This document shows positions 26,105-39,650 of a stretch of 64,000 bases of DNA, piece by piece. Origin of the DNA: Kudoa neothunni (taxonomy: Eukaryota; Animalia; Cnidaria); the NCBI GenBank assembly GCA_964304625.1, contig OZ199838.1, forward strand, positions 8,205,550 through 8,269,549. Reading direction: 5' to 3'. The position numbers were made by a program, and so were the translations under genes. Position 1 is the stretch's first letter, and every line of letters begins with the position of its first letter. Below the pieces are notes generated by a model. It worked only from the letters and a program-made list of their open reading frames with translations. It had not been told where the DNA came from and searched no databases.

Positions 26105-28124
26105 ATTTATAAATTTTTGCCTAATTCCTATTCGACTGCAGTCGGACACACGTGTAATCTACACCGTTTTGCAATAGGCACCGAAAAATAGTTAATTATT
26201 TACTTATTTCGTAAATTATCCCAAATTTCTGTTTTATATTATTCTTACTAAAAACGATACTAGATTTTTCTGTGTTTATTTATCACGTGAAAATCGCGAT
26301 AATTGAACTTTTAAGTTTACAGGGCACGATGACCTTTCCTGTTTAATTAATGATCATGATAGGTTATTTTCCAAATTAGTAACAAAGGGTTACCTTTAAG
26401 CTGCTACGAAAAGATGTTTTAATTGTTGGAATTTTGAAACCTTTACTTTAAAAAAGAGAAAATTACTTATCTTCTGCGGAATAACGACTTGATGTAGTTA
26501 AGATGTCAAACTAGTGTTCCTTTTGAAACCGTACTTTTTTCTCCACTATGGTTTCCGTTAGTTTAGCAAATAAATTAACGATAATAAAATATATATTCAT
26601 TTAGAAAATTCTATATTAAAAATTGTAGGAAAATATGAACGAGTAAACCTTCATAAAACTGGTCATACGTCCAATACATTGCGTAACACTTCAGCTGCGC
26701 ATTAACGGCATGGTAGTTGTTACAAAAAATGATTTGGGAGTAACATACAGATTAAAATTATAAATAATTTCACTTCAAAGTTTAATTATATATTATAACA
26801 ATAATAAAACATTATTTTATGATAACAACTAGCGCAAAAGCCCCTGTAGTGAATTAATTACTATTAATCCACGCAAGCGGATAAGGTTTAAAAAACTGCT
26901 GAACCGTGTTTCTTTTGCGCAAATAAAAAAAACATAAATACGAAATTTTTTATCGACAGCCCCGCTTCGCTTAGGCTTCCTTGCCCAGCCAAGGTCATAT
27001 GAAGTTCAAAGTAAATTAAGAGTATTTAAATAAATAGTACAAAGATTACCCAATTAACGGATGATTTATTTAATATTTTTAAAACCGAATAAACATTACT
27101 GAGCGTTTAAAATTTCCTATTTAGAGCACTTAAAAATAGATTTTCTCCCTGTTGTTTGCAGTAGTCTCGATATCATACCATATGAATAGGTCTAATCTTA
27201 TTAAACATCAACAAACGAAATTCATATTAATGCTTGACTACATAACCTACTATTACCTTCCTTATTTGAACTAATTCAATTACTAAATTACTTTTTAATA
27301 ATTTAAAATAAACACTATGGTGCGTTTAAGATTAACGTTTAAATCTTTAATGAAATGATCTATACCTTTGCATAAATCTTCAAATCAAACCAATCATACC
27401 ACGTGAAAATGTTTTTAGTCATTTTGCAGGATGCAAACCTTTTATAATTTATTACGTATTTTTCTGTGTTTAAATAAAATTTTATCTTTCCAAAAATGTG
27501 CTCAAATAGAGCGATATGTCTCTCTATAAAGAATGAAAAATGCGTACACACTGACACACACACGGATTACCGGTTGGCTTTATATAGTAGAATTATTGTT
27601 TCCCCAATAAATAGATATATATATACAATTTATTATTTGTAAAAGTTCTCCTATTTAGTCTCTCCAGATAAATAAAACACGTATTAAAGTATTTTAAATT
27701 AATGCTTTTCTTCTATTTTATAACCAACAATATAAATGTACGATTAATATAATTATCGTTAGTTTCAATTTCGCAAATAATTGGTGTATAAAAATTAGTT
27801 AACTATTTATAATGTACTAATAAAAATTAATAAACTAAAATAAACAATTATAGATGTTTTAAAGTGGTTTCAAAGTTAATTTGATATTTAGAAATAAAGA
27901 TAGATAACATATTACTTCTTAATATTAGATAAGCTTATTTAGAAGGTTTACTACGCTATATTTGGTGTGGAAATATTAATAAAATTTAAATAATGGTTAT
28001 AATATACTAGTTAGGATAAAATAAGAAAATAATCAGCTATTTTTCTGTGTTTATTGCAAAATGACGTGGATTACATGTGTATCCGACTGTTGTCGAATAG
28101 GAATTAGGCAAAAATTTAGAAATA
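26105..28124. mobile_element. Long-TIR (~100 bp) non-autonomous element, Mutator/foldback-like
   Basis: 26105-26210 (TAAATTTTTGCCTAATTCCTATTCGAC..CAGTCGGA.ACAC.TGTAATC..) is the reverse complement of 28020-28124. Outer tips and TSD are not resolved. Confidence 0.6.
26829..27591 (-). mobile_element. Short Helitron-type element nested in the long-TIR element
   Basis: Minus-strand 5' TCTACTATATAAAGCC..GTGTGTGT at 27591; 3' GCGCTAG|T at 26829. Confidence 0.45.
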
Positions 28125-28321
28125 CAGTCAGTGACCAGTTTTACGTACTTTTAAATATCGCATTTATTTTTCAAAATATACCATAAACAAATAAATAATA
28201 TATTTACTAATACATTTATTTATAAATTTCAATGAAAAAACTTTATATGCACCTAAATTTTGCAATCAAAATATCACGTGATTTACCAATTTTACGCACC
28301 TTTTCTGACCAAATTGGTTTA

Positions 28322-29314
28322 TCCTTTATATAGATAAAAGAGGACTGTCGGCATGTTTGTTTGTGTGTGTATGCCCCTAATTACGCATGTGCGGATAATT
28401 TTTTCCTTATAGAGAGTCATATGAAATTTTTTAAAAATCGCAATGTTTCAAAAAATCGTTAAATCGTTTTCACATTATCAAATGTTCATGAACTGCTGAT
28501 ATCTATCTTTATGTATAAGATTGGCGTTTCTATTTGGGTGTCTGTTTAAACACATTCCTTATTTGTGGAGTTTTAACGTATATGACTCGATAAGTATATT
28601 TTATAAGTTCTATTAATGGTTTTCAATGTGATAAAAAATTTATATATGTTTCATAAATAACGAATTCGTGGAGAATGTTGAAGTTACATTGATTGAAGCA
28701 TTATAATGGAAATACTGCATTCATAGGTTTCATTAAATCGTCCGCTAAGCTTTACGTGGTTAAATTCAATGCGGATGGTTGTACTTTTATTTCACCAAAT
28801 TATTTAAACTGTTTATGATAAAAGCGCATGTATGTTTATGCCGAGCTAAACGATGCTAATTTTAGCAATATCGATTAATTGTCATAAGTTTTCTTCCATC
28901 TCTTATTTTTTCTATTTTTTTATCTCTTAAAAAGTTAGTGGTGCACCCAGTTACCGAGCCAGGCCAGAATTCGACTTTAAAAAATCCTCCGGGTCAAAAA
29001 ATAACGTTTTAGATAACACTTTAACGGGATTTAAATAATTCGGAATGAAAAAAATACAACGTTGACCTTAACTTGTTTAGCGATGATGCCGAGCTACGAA
29101 ATTTTTAAATGGACGCAGGGATTGATACTTTCCTTCACAGAAATTATCATAATTTAAATTGCATAATCCAAATCGTTATATTAAGTTGCTTAAAATTTTT
29201 TAGTTATTTTGTTTCTATTGGTTAATTCGAGATTTCAATATTTTTTTTTGAATGCTATTACAAAATGCCTCTAGGCGAAATCTTCCCCAAGCAACGCTGG
29301 GCAGTTCGCGTTAG
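28322..29314 (+). mobile_element. Non-autonomous Helitron-type element
   Basis: A|TC 5' end followed by TATATAGATAAAAGAGGACTGTCGG..GTGTGT; 3' hairpin CCCAAGCAACGCTGGG then TTAG|T. No TSD. Confidence 0.65.
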
Positions 29315-29377
29315 TTAGTATTAAAAGGCGTTGGTGTCATATCACTTTGCTCTCGACCACGCATATGATTGGTGGAT

Positions 29378-29601
29378 TACAACCTTTATAATCCACATGT
29401 TAAATAGGATAAGTATTTTTTGGTCGGCATACAATAGATTATAAGGGGTTTTCTTTTGACGATGTTCGCACAATTTGATTGAGCGAATCTCCTTCTAGAA
29501 TATCTTTTCCTCTCTGTTTTTGCTCCAATTGAATTTATTCTGAATACCCTTTCTAAGTGTTTCTGACTCAAAATTTTTGGTCGAACTCCGAGGTTGCACT
29601 G
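29378..29601. mobile_element. Truncated pogo-like MITE (family of 50999-51426)
   Basis: Right end TGGTCGAACTCCGAGGTTGCACTG|TA. 29456-29601 aligns by eye with 51268-51426. Confidence 0.6.
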
Positions 29602-29856
29602 TATCTAGATTTTGCGTTTACCATAACAAGACTCTTCAAGTTTTTATTTCAGAGTAAAAACTAAGTCCAATTCTGCAAATGATTATGCATAATCTTGGTT
29701 TTTTAACATTTTTCATTTATTGCATTATAACTTAAAAGAAATAAATTGTTTGAATCTTATCAAAGAGTTGTAATGACTGAAGCCATTACAACAATCGTTT
29801 AAAATAAAGTACTAAATACTAATAATCATTCGATTGTTGCATTTATTTATGGCACT

Positions 29857-30080
29857 GGCTATTGACACGGAAATTTTTAATCCAAAATGACAAGTACGCA
29901 CGCGCAACGATCAATTTTAATCCCGGTAGCTCCTATTTATAGTTGAACTATAAAGTTTATTTCTCAGTATCTGCTGTGTTTAATTATTTTTTACCTTTCC
30001 CTACCGCTTCTAGGAGCCAAAAATAATTAAATGCAGTCAAAACTATACCTACCTGGATATTATGATCCGTGTCAATAGCC
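29857..30080. mobile_element. 224-bp MITE with perfect 15-bp TIR and 3-bp TSD (PIF/Harbinger-PHIS-like)
   Basis: ACT|GGCTATTGACACGGA ... TCCGTGTCAATAGCC|ACT. Confidence 0.7.
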
Positions 30081-30184
30081 ACTTCCTTTATATTATATTT
30101 TATTTATCTTGAATTAGCGAAGGAAAATCAATATATTTTTATAGGGAAACATTGTATTAAAAAATTGAAACATAAATGAAAAAT

Positions 30185-31559
30185 TTAACGTTCTTTTAAA
30201 CTATACAGTCTATCACAAATAAGTGTTATGAATATGATCCCAATTCCAAGACAAGATAAAAAGGTTAGGTGATGGTGATAGATGAAACTCGACAAGATAA
30301 CACTTATTATCTGTCTTGTAATCATTATGAGTGTAAAAATTATAGGGCCAAGTACAGCTATAGTGCGGTATACCATTAGCTGCCCTATAACAGATGCTAC
30401 ACCACTTCCTAGGATATGATAGCGGAATTCAGCGCTATTCCTCAATAGAAGGAATACTCTTGAGAGTTGTTTATTGGCCAGGATGGAGGTGAAGCTGAAT
30501 ATACTGCTTATGATACAGCTGTAGGTCATTGCAAGTACACTGTCAGTGCCATCATACTCCTTGAAAATTTTCGACTAAACAAAACCACAAGTGAACGTTT
30601 TTGAATTCATCCAGGTTCAAGCAAGGTACCTGCCATGTAGCAGTGAAGCTATCGAAAAGCAAGTAACCGACCGGAAGCAAAACAGCCCATACATTAAAAT
30701 TTGGATTTACCATCACAAGTGACAAACGTGTTTTATGTTTATTAATTGTGTTTCCATATAGAAACAAGCCAAGTCCAAAACATAGGATTAGCGCCAAAAA
30801 ATATTGTCGCCTCGAATAACTTTGTTTAGAAATTATAGTATTCATCACCATAACTGGAATTAATTTACACGCTTTAACTACAACCTATCGGTATATAACT
30901 TATTCCTATCAACATAATTTTCTACCTGAGTTGGAAATGATACATATTTTAGTGATTCATATTGGCAGAAACTGCTTATCAGATTGGATAAAGATGAAAA
31001 TCCGAATATATAGAATGGAGGCTTGGCTTTCTGGTTGTTATCATAGGATAGTTGGTTTTGCATCTGATATTTTCTTATTTGTAAGATAACAATACCAATA
31101 GTGAATGAGAAAACTCGATTCACAAAAATAACAAAATCACTATCTCGAAACTGGATAATAGTTGTAACATTCCCGTCGAGTAGAGTGTAAGTTTTTGTCA
31201 TGAGTCGTTCCTGTAGTAGACCCCATATTGAATAGCTTACACACAAACCAATCCAGCAGATAAATATCTGGAAGTATTTTCCTTTGAAAATGGATTTATG
31301 TTGTTTTAATTCGAGGTCTTTATCTTCCTTCTCTATCATATATTCTGGAATTAACTTTTCGCCAATAGAGTACCATGTAGCTAATCTTTTGAGAAAATCT
31401 ACACAGTTAATTACACTCAATTTTACGACTCAATAATGTACAGTTTTTAGTTGTCGAATCGTAACTTATTTTCAAAGCTAGCCTATAGAAAATATAGCCC
31501 ACTAATAGAATCGATCCATATGTAGCAGCTCTCACTAAAAGTTCGATTTCTATACTCAT
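30185..31559 (-). CDS. SLC35B2: PAPS transporter 1 (SLC35B2/slalom), multi-exon
   Basis: SYSIWGLLQERLMT, SDFVIFVNR, SSLSNLISSFCQYESLKYVSFPTQ|VVVKACKLIPVM, GYLLFDSFTATWQ, GQLMVYRTIAVLGPIIFTLIMITRQ. Probable ATG at 31559. Confidence 0.92.
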
Positions 31560-33645
31560 AATAGAAATGTTATTGACGAAAATTAATCGAGTATACGTAT
31601 TTGTCGGTATTGCTTAGGGATTTGATGTGACACCACAATTAAATTGAGATTTGTAAACGATTTTTTTCTATGGGTACCATTTTTGTTCCGACAGTAAAAG
31701 CTATAATTTCCCGCTGAATGATTCGTACATTTTTCATTGTACAACATTACGTACATAATTGGATAATGCAGAAACAATAATCGAAATCTATTATTATGAA
31801 AAATTTAAATATATTCGGGAATTCACTATTTGATATCAGCATGGGAATGTTTATACTAGTTATAAATTAAAATTGCTTATTTATTAACATATAGATCGCG
31901 CATAGACTATATTCATCCCAAACTTATTAATTGGAAGTAATACAATTTTTTAACAATATATAAAAATTTAGAGTCCGTTTAAGTTTTTAGTACATATGAA
32001 TCTTTTGTTTCCTAGACAAAATATTCCTTTAACTTCAAGACAACACAAAGCATAGCTATGAATCTTGCTGCAAATGATTTTGATCCCTTTTATTTTTGGA
32101 AAGGTCAAATCATTATAAATTCTCAATATAACCTATAAAATCACATTTTTTTGTTATGAATTACTGAAAATTAATTATATTAATTGTGGAGCTGCCATAT
32201 GAAAATATAGAAGCCATTTTTAATTGAAAAGTATTACGAATTGCGCCCATATATATTCTTAATGATATCAAAAAAGATAAATACAATATTTTAAAGTATA
32301 CTACATTGTAAATTCATATAAATAAACAGGCTGGTATGGATAAAAAAATACTTATCATTCGACAATATCTAATCATTAATTTCCTTGGATGCTTTTGTAT
32401 TAAAAAATAGTTTTATAAATAATTTAAATTATAATGAGTAAATATGATCATAATCCATTCTATAACTATCTTTAAAGGATAATATTGTTTTTTCAGAGTT
32501 CCTTCATACCGGCAACTTTAAAGATTTATATTAATCACAGATAAAATATATACAATAAAGGTTTTTAATCGAAAATTAGCAACAACTAATATAATAATCT
32601 CACATTAAATTCAATCAGATAATAAGATGGAAGTGATATTTGACACATTAATGTTACCTATAAATCTATAGATTTCTGCAATAATTCACCGAAAAAACTA
32701 AATTCTAAAATTGCTTTCTTATTATTTGGCTTGGAACTGATCTAATATTTCCGGTTTCATCCTCAGCATTATTATAATAACATTTGATTTAAGTTAATTA
32801 TTTCAACAATTGACATTCAACTGGATTCTAAGTATTGTAACAATTTGACATCAAAAATAAATACTATATTTGTGTTTCAAAAAGTGACCGCTAAATCATA
32901 TTGATGAGACCTGAGAAAATTTTGGTAGGTCTCGAAATTCCTCTTAATTAATAGATAATATTGGGTGGCTGTGAGTCACGATTAGGCAGGCATAGCAGAA
33001 CAGTGTGGGACAGGTGTAATTCTTTGTATTCTAAATTTTTGACCTTTTCTGTATTTATGTAACTATTAAAATAACATTAGTTTATTGTTTATTTGAACAA
33101 TTTGGATCTTTTGAATTGTTTTGGCGGATTTTTATTATTTCAAAGATGAAATCCATCGTAAGGTGTGTAGAAAAAAGTGCGCGTGGATTTCCTTTCATGA
33201 TTAAACATTGTATACAATTTATGAATTTCTTTCAATCTAGAATTATAGCCAGCTCATTGGTTTAATCGAAATCTAAGTAATTTTTTCTTGATCCTAAAAA
33301 TCTTTAATTTCAAAATTTAATCTAAAGGATATGACCAATCACATCACGCATAATAGTATATTTACTATTAGCGCGAAACCCCGGCTTCGCCACATAATGG
33401 GATTATTTATTTACAAAAATACAAATAATCTTTATCTTTTAACTGGTCCGTCGATTAAAGTATTCAACGCATATTTTAATCTTAATATCGTTCTTTTGAC
33501 GACGGTGTTATTTGACATACAATAGGTAACCGATTTTTCGTACTTTTTATGCGCGCGCCACGGGGAAATTTAATTTGGCACTACAAATTTACACAACCAT
33601 ATTATTCTAACCCCATCTTATTTAAATTATATTATTAAATAAATA

Positions 33646-36600
33646 CAGTAGGTAACCGATTTTCGGTAACTTCAGACTTTCTTCCCTTAACCCTCTAACT
33701 ATCCAAAAAACATATACCTCTAACACTTTTGGGGTGTAAAACACCCCACTTTTTTATTGCATAATAATACTTAGATAAATCGAATGATCATAATTTTAAG
33801 ATAATGCCGAAATTGCCGGTAGCGAACAGGAAAATACGCCTTAGCTTCAAGCATTCAATCTCTTCGTAACAAATCGTTTGATATTACGAGTCAAGTTAAT
33901 GTTTATAAATAGGTTTTTTGCCCAAAATAATTAACTAGAAACACGTATTAATGAGAATACAACCAAAAAAGAAAAAAATATTTTACCAATTGCACTTAAA
34001 ACAAATGTTTGAGGAGTGATCTAAACAATAATATTTGTAGCATCTCTGGCACCATTTATTTGTTTTTTATCTTTACTTCGTTCACAGTACTCACAACTAG
34101 ATTATTTGGAGCTCATAGGAGGATTCTTTTTCGGACGAATTTCTTGCCAATAAGGGATTGTAAAGTTCTTCGGACATCTGTTTCAAAAAATTACGCCTAG
34201 TTGTGGTACTATCATTAAAAACATCCTTAAATATTGCAAATGCATTAATTAGAGATAAATCCACCATGTTAAAAAACATTAGAGACCAGCTTCTTGTGAA
34301 TCTGGGTACAGAAACCGACGCTAGCATCCTATCGAAGTTATCGACATCCCCTTTTGTTTCGTTATAGTTTAGAATCACTTGGGGCTTACACTTAGTTGAC
34401 TCGTCGCTAACAGAATCATCAGTAGTACCGCTCATCAACAGAATTACTGCTTTCGACTTATTACAAACATAGGAAGTCAGCATGAATTTTTCGTAATACA
34501 CAAAAGTACTACTGTAGAGGGTTCTTTTTTTGAGGGAAGAAAACAAGGAGGTATCTCTTTTTTGTTTTTCCGAACTGTTCCCAGGAAGTTAAGCTTTTTC
34601 TGCAATAAATTTTTCGCAAGGGAGAGTGATGAAAAAAAATTGTCCGCTACAACACTCCTACCTGAATGGAAAAGTGGCGTAGACAGTGAGAGAACAACAC
34701 TTTCACCCAATCCGAATTGTCGAATGGTTTCATAGTTATTTTCCACTGGATCAACTAAGAGAAAAAACTTTAGGCCATATTTTGCCGGCTTCATCGGCAT
34801 GTATTGTCGGAATGGGCACCTTCCCTTGAACGAAACAAGTTGCTCGTCTACGGTTACTTCTTGATTTGGTGGAAAACATCAGGGTAATAAATCAACCCAT
34901 TGATTCCATACATCACGGACTGGGCAAATTTTTTTTTTCGTTCCAATCGTGTATTAAAATCATCGAAATGGAGTGCTCGAGTGATTTGAGTGAATCGAAG
35001 GAGTGAAAAAAGCTTTCTGTATATTTCCTTACCTTATTTTACACCGAAGAGCTCGCATAAAGGCTCTTGTCGGTCTTTATGAGTAGTCATTAATACGAGA
35101 AGACCAAGGTAACCTTTAAATTCCACAAGGTCTAATTCAATCCAATCTTCTTTAGAATGGTGCATTCCAAACACGTTGGTAAATGAAATAATCTGATGGC
35201 ATATATCATTGTTGAAAAACAGAAGGAAGCAATCTAGTAAGCATGGTATCTTTGACGTCGCATAAGCTGTAACTCCAGGTAAGGAATTTATAATGTTTTC
35301 TTGGCATGTTTTAGTTGTAGGTGGCTTGGACAAGCCCTACGTAATTCCGCATTTGCTTGTTAACATGTTGCTATGTTCTTCCGGAATTTCAGCTTCATCA
35401 TCAGTAATTTCATCCTCTTCTATAATTTGATCCTCTAATTCGCTTCCAGATGAACATAGATCGTCACCATACTCAATAAGACCGCTCATTTCCACACTGT
35501 CAAATATACAAGGCGTGCGCATTTATTATATCGGATAACGATTGCGCAGGCGAACTCATGTAACTGCCTTACGAATCTCATGATTTTGGAATAACTATGG
35601 ATTTCATGCCATTAATATTACGTATCCGTAACAAATATATTTATTCCTATTATTTAAGCAAAAAAATCTGGGGTGTTTTTCACCCCAAAAGTGTTAGAGG
35701 GTTAAAATATTATTTTATTTTGTTCGTCGGTTGTAATAATAGTTTACATCATTTTAAATATTGAAAATTAGAAAGTGGGGGTTTCCTATTATTAGCGCTT
35801 AACCGATTTTCCGTAACTTTTCAGTTATAGGCGGATTTAGTGGTGTGCCTTTTTTTACATTTATAATATCTGGAAAGTTTAAAAATGGGGAAATAATAAA
35901 ACTAAAATATAAATTTATTTATTTTTTTAGTACATTAAACAGGAGTGCAAAAATACTACTTTTCGTAAATTTAAACTCTCTTCTATTTCTACTCTAGATA
36001 TCATCTAGAGTAGGAAGGAAGATATAGTTTTATCTTATAAACTGGCTTGGCTTCTTCAGACAGAAAAAAATTTAAACAGTGTTCAAATCACGACATCGAT
36101 ATTTTAGTACATGATTGGGTGAATTATTCGAGACAAAAAAATTGAACTATCTGCTCATGATATCATACATGAAAGAGACCAATTGTCAAAAGAATTGAAC
36201 CTAAGCGTAGTAATGACCCTTGATTGATTTCTTGGTCTTAAATCCCGATGGAATTTAAAAATATTACTGCCCATGGTGATGCTGCTTATGTTTACTACAG
36301 TTTTGTAGAAAATTGGTAATCTGAATTGAATGACTAAGTCAAAAGTAACAACGATGACTGTATCTATAACCTTGACGAAACCGCACTATTTCACTAACAA
36401 CATGGTGTCCATTATTTTTAAAGCTATATTTTGTCGAGAGAAAAAAATCTACAAAATAGTTACTGTTTTGCGGCATGCATCTGTGCCTGGAGGTTGCATT
36501 GAATCTCTTGCGATTGAAAATCACAAAAATCGGGTTGTCTTAAAATGCTAAAACATTTCTAGTAAAATACAAATCGAACAGGGAAGAATAGATGACTAGG

Positions 36601-37200
36601 GAAACATTGAACAAATATCCTTCTAATTTTGACAAGGTATTCAAAACGAAGTACAAGAAAGTTTTGCTACTTCTTAATGATGCCACTTGTTACTCCAAAA
36701 TTCATTTGTCCAATATCTCTCTTATATTCCTTACAAAAAAATTCATCTAGAGTTTTGCCACCATTAGACCATGGAATCATTTTCTCATTCAAATCAAATT
36801 ACAAAAATAATTAAATACAAAGCCATATTGATGCAGTTAGCAATGATATAAATACATCCCTTCCAAGATTCGCTTAAAATATTGTTCCCAATTAAATAAT
36901 CATGGGACGGTGGGCAGTATTCCAAAGGGTATTGCATTTAATTGTTTCAGAAAATATGGGTTTCCTGAAGCCAATGAGTGCGAACGTTCATCAAATATTA
37001 ATTTTAGAAATAAAGAATTCTCAGCTAGAAATTCCGAGATTATTCAAGAGGAAGTCGTTATGCCTACATCAAAACACTTTGACGAGCTTGCTCTTTTGAT
37101 TGTTGAATCTGCGGATTCTGAAACTGAAGATTTAGGAGTGGCAGAATTTATATCAGAAAAGGATGTATTTAAATATTTAAACATGTAGAATAAATATACG
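33646..37200 (+). mobile_element. Degraded pogo/Tigger element (hosts piggyBac 33691-35701)
   Basis: TA|CAGTAGGTAACCGATTTTC left TIR, same family as 55340. DDE_1 remnant KVLLLLNDATC...VLPPLDHGIIFSFKSNYK at ~36660-36810. Right end not found. Confidence 0.6.
33691..35701 (-). mobile_element. piggyBac transposon, disrupted transposase
   Basis: TTAA|CCCTCTAAC...GTTAGAGGG|TTAA with TGGGGTG..CACCCCA palindromes. ORF fragments [37 protein letters not shown]. Confidence 0.95.
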
Positions 37201-37350
37201 ACGGAGAGGAATTGATTATCCGGGCGAAATAATGAGTTAACATCATAAAATTACGACATACATGTTCAAAAATATAAATACAAATAACATAAATAACGTA
37301 TTGTTTTCAATAAAAGTAGATGATTGTATATATGAAATTAATTTCTTTAA

Positions 37351-39646
37351 CCCTTTCGTGCCGGAATTTTTCTTTATCCTTGAAAAAATTTTGTTTGGCT
37401 AATATTTTCAAGTTGTAAGTTTTATTCAGTAGACTAAACAATGGGACTTTGTGGTAATGAAAACGCGCAAAAGTGAAATCGAATTATTATAACAATAACA
37501 GATAGAGTTATCAATAAAACAATAATTTTAAGTATTATGGTACACATAAAAACAATTTCTACCTTTTACAAGACAATAAGGAGCGCCACATTTTAAGCAA
37601 ATTATTTGAGTGTTTTTTCCACAACTTCTGCACCTACTCGGCGTAGATACTACCTCTGGAAAATGGCCTACATTATCATATCTAATATTATCTGATAAAT
37701 GAGTGTTTCTCTTGTGTTTTGATATAGTAGATTCCATTGTTTTGTGAATTAGAATCATTAACCGGACGACTACGTTTTCGAGTTTGTATTAATGTTTTGT
37801 TTTTATACAATAATGATTCACAGATTGAATATGTGAACAAAAGCATATCGAGAACTTTACTCTTGTTTACATTATTCATGGAATTTCGCCTCCAATACAA
37901 TAACTACGAATTAGTGATCGCGGTGTTGATGCCCCACAAGAATATCCGCATGTAAAATTTTTTGCATTTATGATTTAATCTATATAATGATATTAGCATA
38001 TCGGACAAATCAACACCGCTCATGTTTTTGTTATATTCCGATACAACAGCTGGACACTCGACTTTAACGCGCTTTTTTGTCGCCTATCATATCTATTTAC
38101 AGTTATTAGAGGTTCACTGCCAGACTGAGTGGATTATAAAGTCACAACAGAGCTATCATACCATCGAGTTAATACTAATGCATCATTAAATCTTTTTTAC
38201 CAAGTAAAGGACATCCTTTAATTCTATTATTTCTAATAGTCCCCACCGAATATACCCCCTTTTTTCAATATAAATTGCATCCGGAATGATGTGAACCAGT
38301 TGTCGAAATACAATAGATACATCCTATTCTTTAGAAATTGTTCACATAATTTTATTACAAAATCTCCAAAAACCGAACCACAGCTTTCTTGTACAACGTG
38401 CGATTTTCCATCATACAAATGAAAATCATGCACTATCCCACTTATTCCACACCTAGCAAAAACTTTAAACCATCACTTTGTAGGTTTATTTGGGATATAT
38501 TGTTTTGCTCTACATTAATCCTTGAATGGAATCATCTGTTCATCCACCGAATACCGAATTGATAGTTTCAGAACTGATTTTTAAAAACGACATTCTCAAA
38601 TGTTCCAAAAAAGGTCGAATCTTTGCAAATCGATCAAAGCATCGAGAAGATTGATCATTTGTAATATTTTCGTTGTCGTTAAAATGTAAATATTTTGATA
38701 TCTGCACGAATCTATCTCTCGAAATGACATCATAAATGGGGGGGGGGATAATTAAAATATTTAGACCAATAACATCTGTAACGAGGCATTCGAACAATCC
38801 CCATCAAGATCAGAACTCCAAGGTAGCTTTCGATTTCTGGAACAGAGGTTCTAGATTTTGAATTATTCTGGATTGTGTATCGATTTAATTCGACAACAAT
38901 CAATTCAAGCAATTCATTATCAAATAATCTATTAAAATAATCTATGGGATAAATTAACCCGTTTAGATTTTCAAAATGATCGTTATCGTTGGATAATTCC
39001 TGTGGCAAATTTATGTTGCTCAAGGCTTTTTTCCATTTTATTTCTGAATTAATTTCGGAATCAATTTCAGTGTCGGAATCATCTGATGACATACATTCTT
39101 CTCTTTTCATATTTGATGATATAATCATTGGAACGTCGTCAGAATACGTATCTGGTTCAGATATGTCAGCATCAGGTAGAACAATGATTTCTGATAGTTC
39201 GTTTTCATTTCCATCATTACTAGTCCGAACGTCATGATCCATTGTAGCTAATCCAAATCCAGTTCACAAGTGCCGGATGTCCGGTATACGGACACGTGTT
39301 AAACATTGTATTATTTCCAAAATCGTGCGCCTGGTTCGTTTATAAATCTATCTATTTAATGAAATTGATTATTTACACTACGTAAAATTTTTATTTTGGT
39401 AAATCATGAAAACCCTAAATGTTATGATCAAATTCTTTTGAATGCTACAATGGTATGGTAGTTCTAACTTTAAATGCCTAGTTTAATGATTATAATGTTT
39501 AGTAACAATTGTGAAATCTATTATTACTAAACAATTACTTTAATATATTATACCGATATTTATCACATTACGAAATTTCGCTTAAGTAAGTTTCAGAATT
39601 AGAGACAAGTTGCTGTCCTGTATACCGGACATCCGGCACGAAAGGG
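37351..39646 (-). mobile_element. piggyBac transposon (PGBD3-like family), disrupted transposase
   Basis: TTAA|CCCTTTCGTGCCGGA...TCCGGCACGAAAGGG|TTAA; internal inverted repeat at ~39270. Fragments LYFDNWFTS, ISRDRF..ISKYLHFND and CRD (RCRSC..C.KC...CL...RNCFYVYH). Confidence 0.95.
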
Positions 39647-39650
39647 TTAA

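Noticed and set aside
31600-33300. Possible decayed hAT coding remnants
   Set aside because: Only isolated weak peptide hints; no TIR/TSD pair could be established.
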